Shown piece by piece: positions 33,532 to 36,270 of a DNA stretch of 36,270 nt. The DNA comes from a virus. A program made the position numbers and the translations under genes. How positions within the stretch are numbered: the first letter of the stretch is position 1; every line of letters begins with the position of its first letter. The stretch is from IMG/VR virus record IMGVR_UViG_3300045988_133018. One strand, given 5' to 3'. Below the pieces are notes generated by a model. That model did no database searches. It was given only the letters and a program-made list of their open reading frames with translations, and was not told the origin of the DNA.

Positions 33532-34101
33532 TTAATTACCGTATTTTTCTCTTAAAGCACTTGCTAAATCTTGTGCTTCATTTTCAGGGGCTTTATTTTG
33601 ATGGTCGCCGCCTAAATTGAAACCATTTTGTTGCTTGCTTTCTTGTTCAAATAAATAATCGTGAGTAGTTTTAATACTCTTTAATTGTTCATCTAAACCA
33701 CCAACAACATAATTGCCATCTTTTTCTTCATAAGTTAGTTTTTCACTATCTAGAAGTTTTTCTAGCAATTTAATATCTTTTGCTTTAGAGTTTGCTAATG
33801 CTTTATCTAATGCAATAGATTTTTTGAAAGTTTCCACTTCCTTACTTCCCTCGGCTTTTCCTAAATCGTATTGCTCTTGCTTGATAGCCTCGACATCGAC
33901 TTCTTCTAACTCTTTTATCTTTTCGTTCAAATTATTAACGACACCATCTTTAACTTTTAAGTCGTTTTTCAGTGTGGCTACCTCAGTTTTATGGCTTTCA
34001 ATTAGTTCACCATTTTTTGCCATTAAAGTATCAACAATTTCTTTTCTTTTTGTTTCATCTTCAACAACATTAAGTAATTCTTCTAAAAACTTTCTATTCA
34101 T
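33532..34101 (-). CDS. Scaffolding protein (GP20-like)
   Basis: Highly helical E/K-rich 189-aa protein directly upstream of the capsid gene. Confidence 0.65.
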   Translation of the reverse strand: MNRKFLEELLNVVEDETKRKEIVDTLMAKNGELIESHKTEVATLKNDLKVKDGVVNNLNEKIKELEEVDVEAIKQEQYDLGKAEGSKEVETFKKSIALDKALANSKAKDIKLLEKLLDSEKLTYEEKDGNYVVGGLDEQLKSIKTTHDYLFEQESKQQNGFNLGGDHQNKAPENEAQDLASALREKYGN

Positions 34102-34206
34102 TTTCTTCCCTCCATACGATTTTATACGAGTTTTTCATCTCTTTGAATTTTAGAAAAGTTTCACTTTTACGATGTGATAATCATGGTATATTATCTACCT
34201 GAATAG

Positions 34207-34235
34207 AGTATACCATATTTACTAAAAAAAATCAA
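34207..34235 (-). promoter_or_regulatory. Candidate promoter for the structural operon, TTGATT-17 nt-(TGg)TATACT
   Basis: Minus-strand reading is TTGATTttttttagtaaataTGgTATACT. The -10 overlaps one arm of the 8-bp inverted repeat ATGGTATA/TATACCAT. Confidence 0.5.
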
Positions 34236-34338
34236 ATACACAAAATTAAGAGTAATATAAGAATAATATAAATTATAATATAAATAATTAATAATAATAA
34301 AATAATAATAAATAATATATATTTATATTTTCATTTTC

Positions 34339-34377
34339 CATATGTTATTCATATGTTTTTCATATCTTTAACATATC
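34339..34377. repeat. Iteron cluster B: CATAT(G/C) x4 at exact 11-bp phasing
   Basis: Motif starts at 34339, 34350, 34361 and 34372. The flanking sequence is a diverged copy of 12954..12984 and 13159..13175. Confidence 0.8.
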
Positions 34378-34480
34378 TTTTTTTAAATTCCTTGATTTTT
34401 CCTTATTTTTCAACAAATTTTAATTTTTGAAACAACTATTTTTTAATTTTATATTTTTGAACAAAATTAAATTTTTTTGT

Positions 34481-34517
34481 AAAAAAACACAAAAAAAACA
34501 AACATTTAAGTTTGTTT
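34481..34517 (-). terminator. Rho-independent terminator closing the RNA locus
   Basis: Minus-strand AAACAAAC-TTAAAT-GTTTGTTT (8-bp stem) followed by TTTTTGTGTTTTTTT. Confidence 0.65.
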
Positions 34518-35047
34518 ATAGTAAATATAAATAGGAATTGAACCTATTACAACTAGTTTTAAACGTTAACACACCAGCTATATATTTACTTTGTATCTTT
34601 AATAGATACTGTACTAATGATATAAAGGCTATCTCTTTCATTCAAATACAAACCCACTCCATTGTTGTATCAGGGCGACCATTTATATATCATCAGTACA
34701 CTACCTGTTAAAGGTAGTACCACTACTCTATATTATTCACTTAACACCAACGAAAGAAATTAAGTTTTCATATATTTCGTGTAGACGACTTCGCTCGTTG
34801 TCTAGGGTATTAGTCGTTTTCCCTACCTCTAAAATAAGATTCAATACTTAACTTTGACATGTCAGCCATTAATTCTTTACAAACACAGGATTTTATGTGT
34901 TTTCTTCACATTTCAGTGCCTTATAGACACCAACAGAACAAAATTTAAAGGCGTAAGAAAAGAAAAATAATTAAAGCCAATAAATATTGCTATGTTGCTA
35001 CCTATAAAGGTAACAAGCAAGGAAATTGTAAAAACACTTTTTCCACT
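34496..35047 (-). ncRNA. Candidate large structured non-coding RNA (about 550 nt), class unknown
   Basis: Bounded by a consensus-like promoter and an intrinsic terminator. No ORF of 60 aa or more on either strand. Many hairpins, and their G.U pairs work only in the minus sense. GC is visibly higher than in the adjacent spacer. Confidence 0.55.
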
Positions 35048-35053
35048 ACATTA

Positions 35054-35082
35054 ATTATATCACATTAATTTAGTTTTTGCAA
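35054..35082 (-). promoter_or_regulatory. SigA-type promoter with extended -10, TTGCAA-17 nt-TGaTATAAT
   Basis: Minus-strand reading is TTGCAAaaactaaattaatgTGaTATAAT, starting on the base after the stop codon at 35083..35085. Confidence 0.65.
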
Positions 35083-36162
35083 TTATTTATTGTATTTTGC
35101 AACCCAAGTTTTATCGTAATCAACTTCTAAACCTTTGCTTTTAGAATACTGCCTATATTTCATCTGACTGTTCCTTAATTCTTTTTTCTTTTTTTTCAAT
35201 ATATCGGTATTATTAGTTCCTTTTAATGATAAGATTTCTTTCTTTTTACTTCTAACAGCTCTTGCATAATAATTTTGTTGCTGTCGTTCATTATAATTTT
35301 TTGTTATTTCTTGAATAGTTCCATGTTCATTCCCAAATATAGTTTTTTGCTTTTTGTTGTCAAACTCAGGTCGCCAATCATAATTTACAATATGGTTGCA
35401 ATTAAATTCTTCAGTAAGATATTCATACTTTTTAAATTCTTTTAAACTCATAACAACATCATCAATGGGATGATGGCTAGGACGACAGGTAGGACTATGT
35501 CCTATAACGACACAATTAGCCCCTATTTCGTCGCCAACTTGTTTAGCAATATCATTAGCCGTCTGAGTTAAACTTGTCATTAGGTTGCGTTTAACAGCCA
35601 CTTCAAGAGATGCATTTCTTCCCGCTCTATCTTTTAAAGTTATACCTTTTTCAGCAAGTGCGTTTATAGTACTTTTCATTGCACTAGAATAATCAAAAGA
35701 ACCACTTGCAACTTTAGTATATAAATCATCTAAAGCATTGATATAGGCTTTTTTGCTAAAAAATGCTATTGATTTAGTCATATTCTTTAAATCTTTATTG
35801 GTTCTTCTATAAATGCTATCAACTAGTGTTTGCACTTCTTGGCTTATTTCATATTCAAGCCCCTTAGCCTCGTAAGTTTCTTTATAGCCTTTCATTTGCT
35901 CATTTTGTAATTCTTCAAATAATTGCAGTAATTGTTTCTTTCGTTCCCTAGAAAGCCCATTTGCCTTATTTAAAGCCTCATTAAATACTTCTTTGCCACC
36001 TTGCCTAGCAAGAACTCTCATTTGTGCTTTAGTAAATGAAGATATATCCTCATTTTGTTGTAATTTCTTAATTATTGATGATGTTAAGTCCTGATTTAAT
36101 TTGCTAAAAATTTCAACAACTTTGTTTTTTTCAAATTCACTCATTCTTTGTGGTGTTATCAT
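35083..36162 (-). CDS. Minor head protein / head morphogenesis protein (SPP1 gp7 / Mu F-like)
   Basis: 359 aa. The C-terminal region VVIGHSPTCRPSHHPIDD has the Mu F-like ...RPSH... pattern. AAGGAG RBS. Confidence 0.75.
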   Translation of the reverse strand: MITPQRMSEFEKNKVVEIFSKLNQDLTSSIIKKLQQNEDISSFTKAQMRVLARQGGKEVFNEALNKANGLSRERKKQLLQLFEELQNEQMKGYKETYEAKGLEYEISQEVQTLVDSIYRRTNKDLKNMTKSIAFFSKKAYINALDDLYTKVASGSFDYSSAMKSTINALAEKGITLKDRAGRNASLEVAVKRNLMTSLTQTANDIAKQVGDEIGANCVVIGHSPTCRPSHHPIDDVVMSLKEFKKYEYLTEEFNCNHIVNYDWRPEFDNKKQKTIFGNEHGTIQEITKNYNERQQQNYYARAVRSKKKEILSLKGTNNTDILKKKKKELRNSQMKYRQYSKSKGLEVDYDKTWVAKYNK

Positions 36163-36173
36163 TTAATCACTCC

Positions 36174-36248
36174 TTATTTTTTTTTGCTTATTGCAGTTAT
36201 TATAATTAATGTTATACAAATTATTAATGTTATTATTATACTATTCAT
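36174..36248 (-). CDS. Hydrophobic micro-protein (24 aa), fourth coupled micro-ORF, spanning the circle junction
   Basis: Translation MNSIIITLIICITLIIITAISKKK. Its ATG overlaps the stop of the third micro-ORF. Purine-rich AAGGAAGG lies upstream. Its TAA lies 9 nt upstream of the minor head gene ATG at 36162. Confidence 0.3.
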   Translation of the reverse strand: MNSIIITLIICITLIIITAISKKK

Positions 36249-36270
36249 TTTCTTTCCTTCCTTTAATAAG
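36176..36270. repeat. Direct terminal repeat, copy 2 (identical to 1..95)
   Basis: 95/95 identity with the window start. Confidence 0.95.

Noticed and set aside
1591-34153. All plus-strand ORFs in the track, for example 1591..1800, 4401..4613, 5530..5793, 8975..9187, 11455..11745, 12163..12420, 18132..18419, 19872..20111, 26942..27205, 27696..28028, 32024..32317, 32461..32724 and 33824..34153
   Set aside because: Each lies antisense to a longer, functionally coherent minus-strand gene. Their translations are low-complexity F/L/I/S-rich strings, as expected from reading the T-rich complement of AT-rich coding DNA. None has a convincing RBS context. They are treated as shadow ORFs.
34240-34320. 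Possible tandem repeat or CRISPR-like array in (AATAAT)n-like sequence
   Set aside because: It is pure low-complexity A/T with no defined repeat unit or unique spacers. No cas genes are present. It is regarded as an AT-rich spacer or unwinding region.
34521-34589. A genuine second tRNA gene
   Set aside because: Only the acceptor-like helix and the T arm can be drawn. There is an extra nucleotide between the T stem and the acceptor strand. There is no D arm or anticodon arm, no CCA, and the acceptor is all A/T. It is reported instead as a tRNA-like element of the RNA locus.
34102-35082. attP / integration module in the large non-coding region, prompted by the tRNA-like fragment
   Set aside because: There is no integrase or excisionase anywhere in the genome. 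The tRNA-like arm is too AT-rich to be the 3' end of a host tRNA.

Overview
The window is a complete, circularly closed phage genome. Its first and last 95 bp are identical, giving a unit length of 36,175 bp. It is very AT-rich, consistent with a siphovirus-type phage of a low-GC Firmicute, and its head-tail module resembles Listeria phage A118. Every credible gene is on the minus strand, and the plus-strand ORFs in the track look like shadow ORFs.

In transcription order (high to low coordinates, wrapping around the circle):
- The SPP1 gp7-like minor head protein.
- A roughly 1 kb ORF-free locus. It holds a near-consensus promoter, a candidate structured RNA of about 550 nt, an intrinsic terminator, 11-bp-phased CATATG iterons and a second promoter.
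- Scaffold, major capsid, connector and tail-completion genes, major tail protein and chaperones.
- The tape measure gene, which is split by a group I intron carrying an HNH homing endonuclease.
- Dit-, Tal- and fibre-like proteins, holin, a GH25 plus 2x LysM endolysin, two membrane proteins, an HTH regulator and a terminator.
- A seven-gene operon of low-complexity and Cys-rich proteins, ending at a tRNA-Cys.
- An early/replication region: XRE regulator, ribbon-helix-helix (RHH) protein, nuclease-ATPase fusion, DUF669-like protein, AbrB-like protein, a DUF1376-like protein with internal iterons, DnaB-type helicase, two free-standing HNH endonucleases, a Zn-peptidase and an ERCC4-like nuclease, then a terminator.
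- HNH, TerS, TerL and portal, followed by a fibre-like protein translationally coupled to portal.
- A promoter-led cassette of small genes that ends in four coupled hydrophobic micro-ORFs.

No integrase, partition genes, CRISPR array or rRNA was seen. The most interesting items are the RNA locus at 34496..35082, the intron in the tape measure gene, the phased iterons, the Cys-rich operon with tRNA-Cys, and the insertions that split the canonical portal/minor-head/scaffold order. All functional calls rest on motif recognition by eye and gene order; no database search was run.
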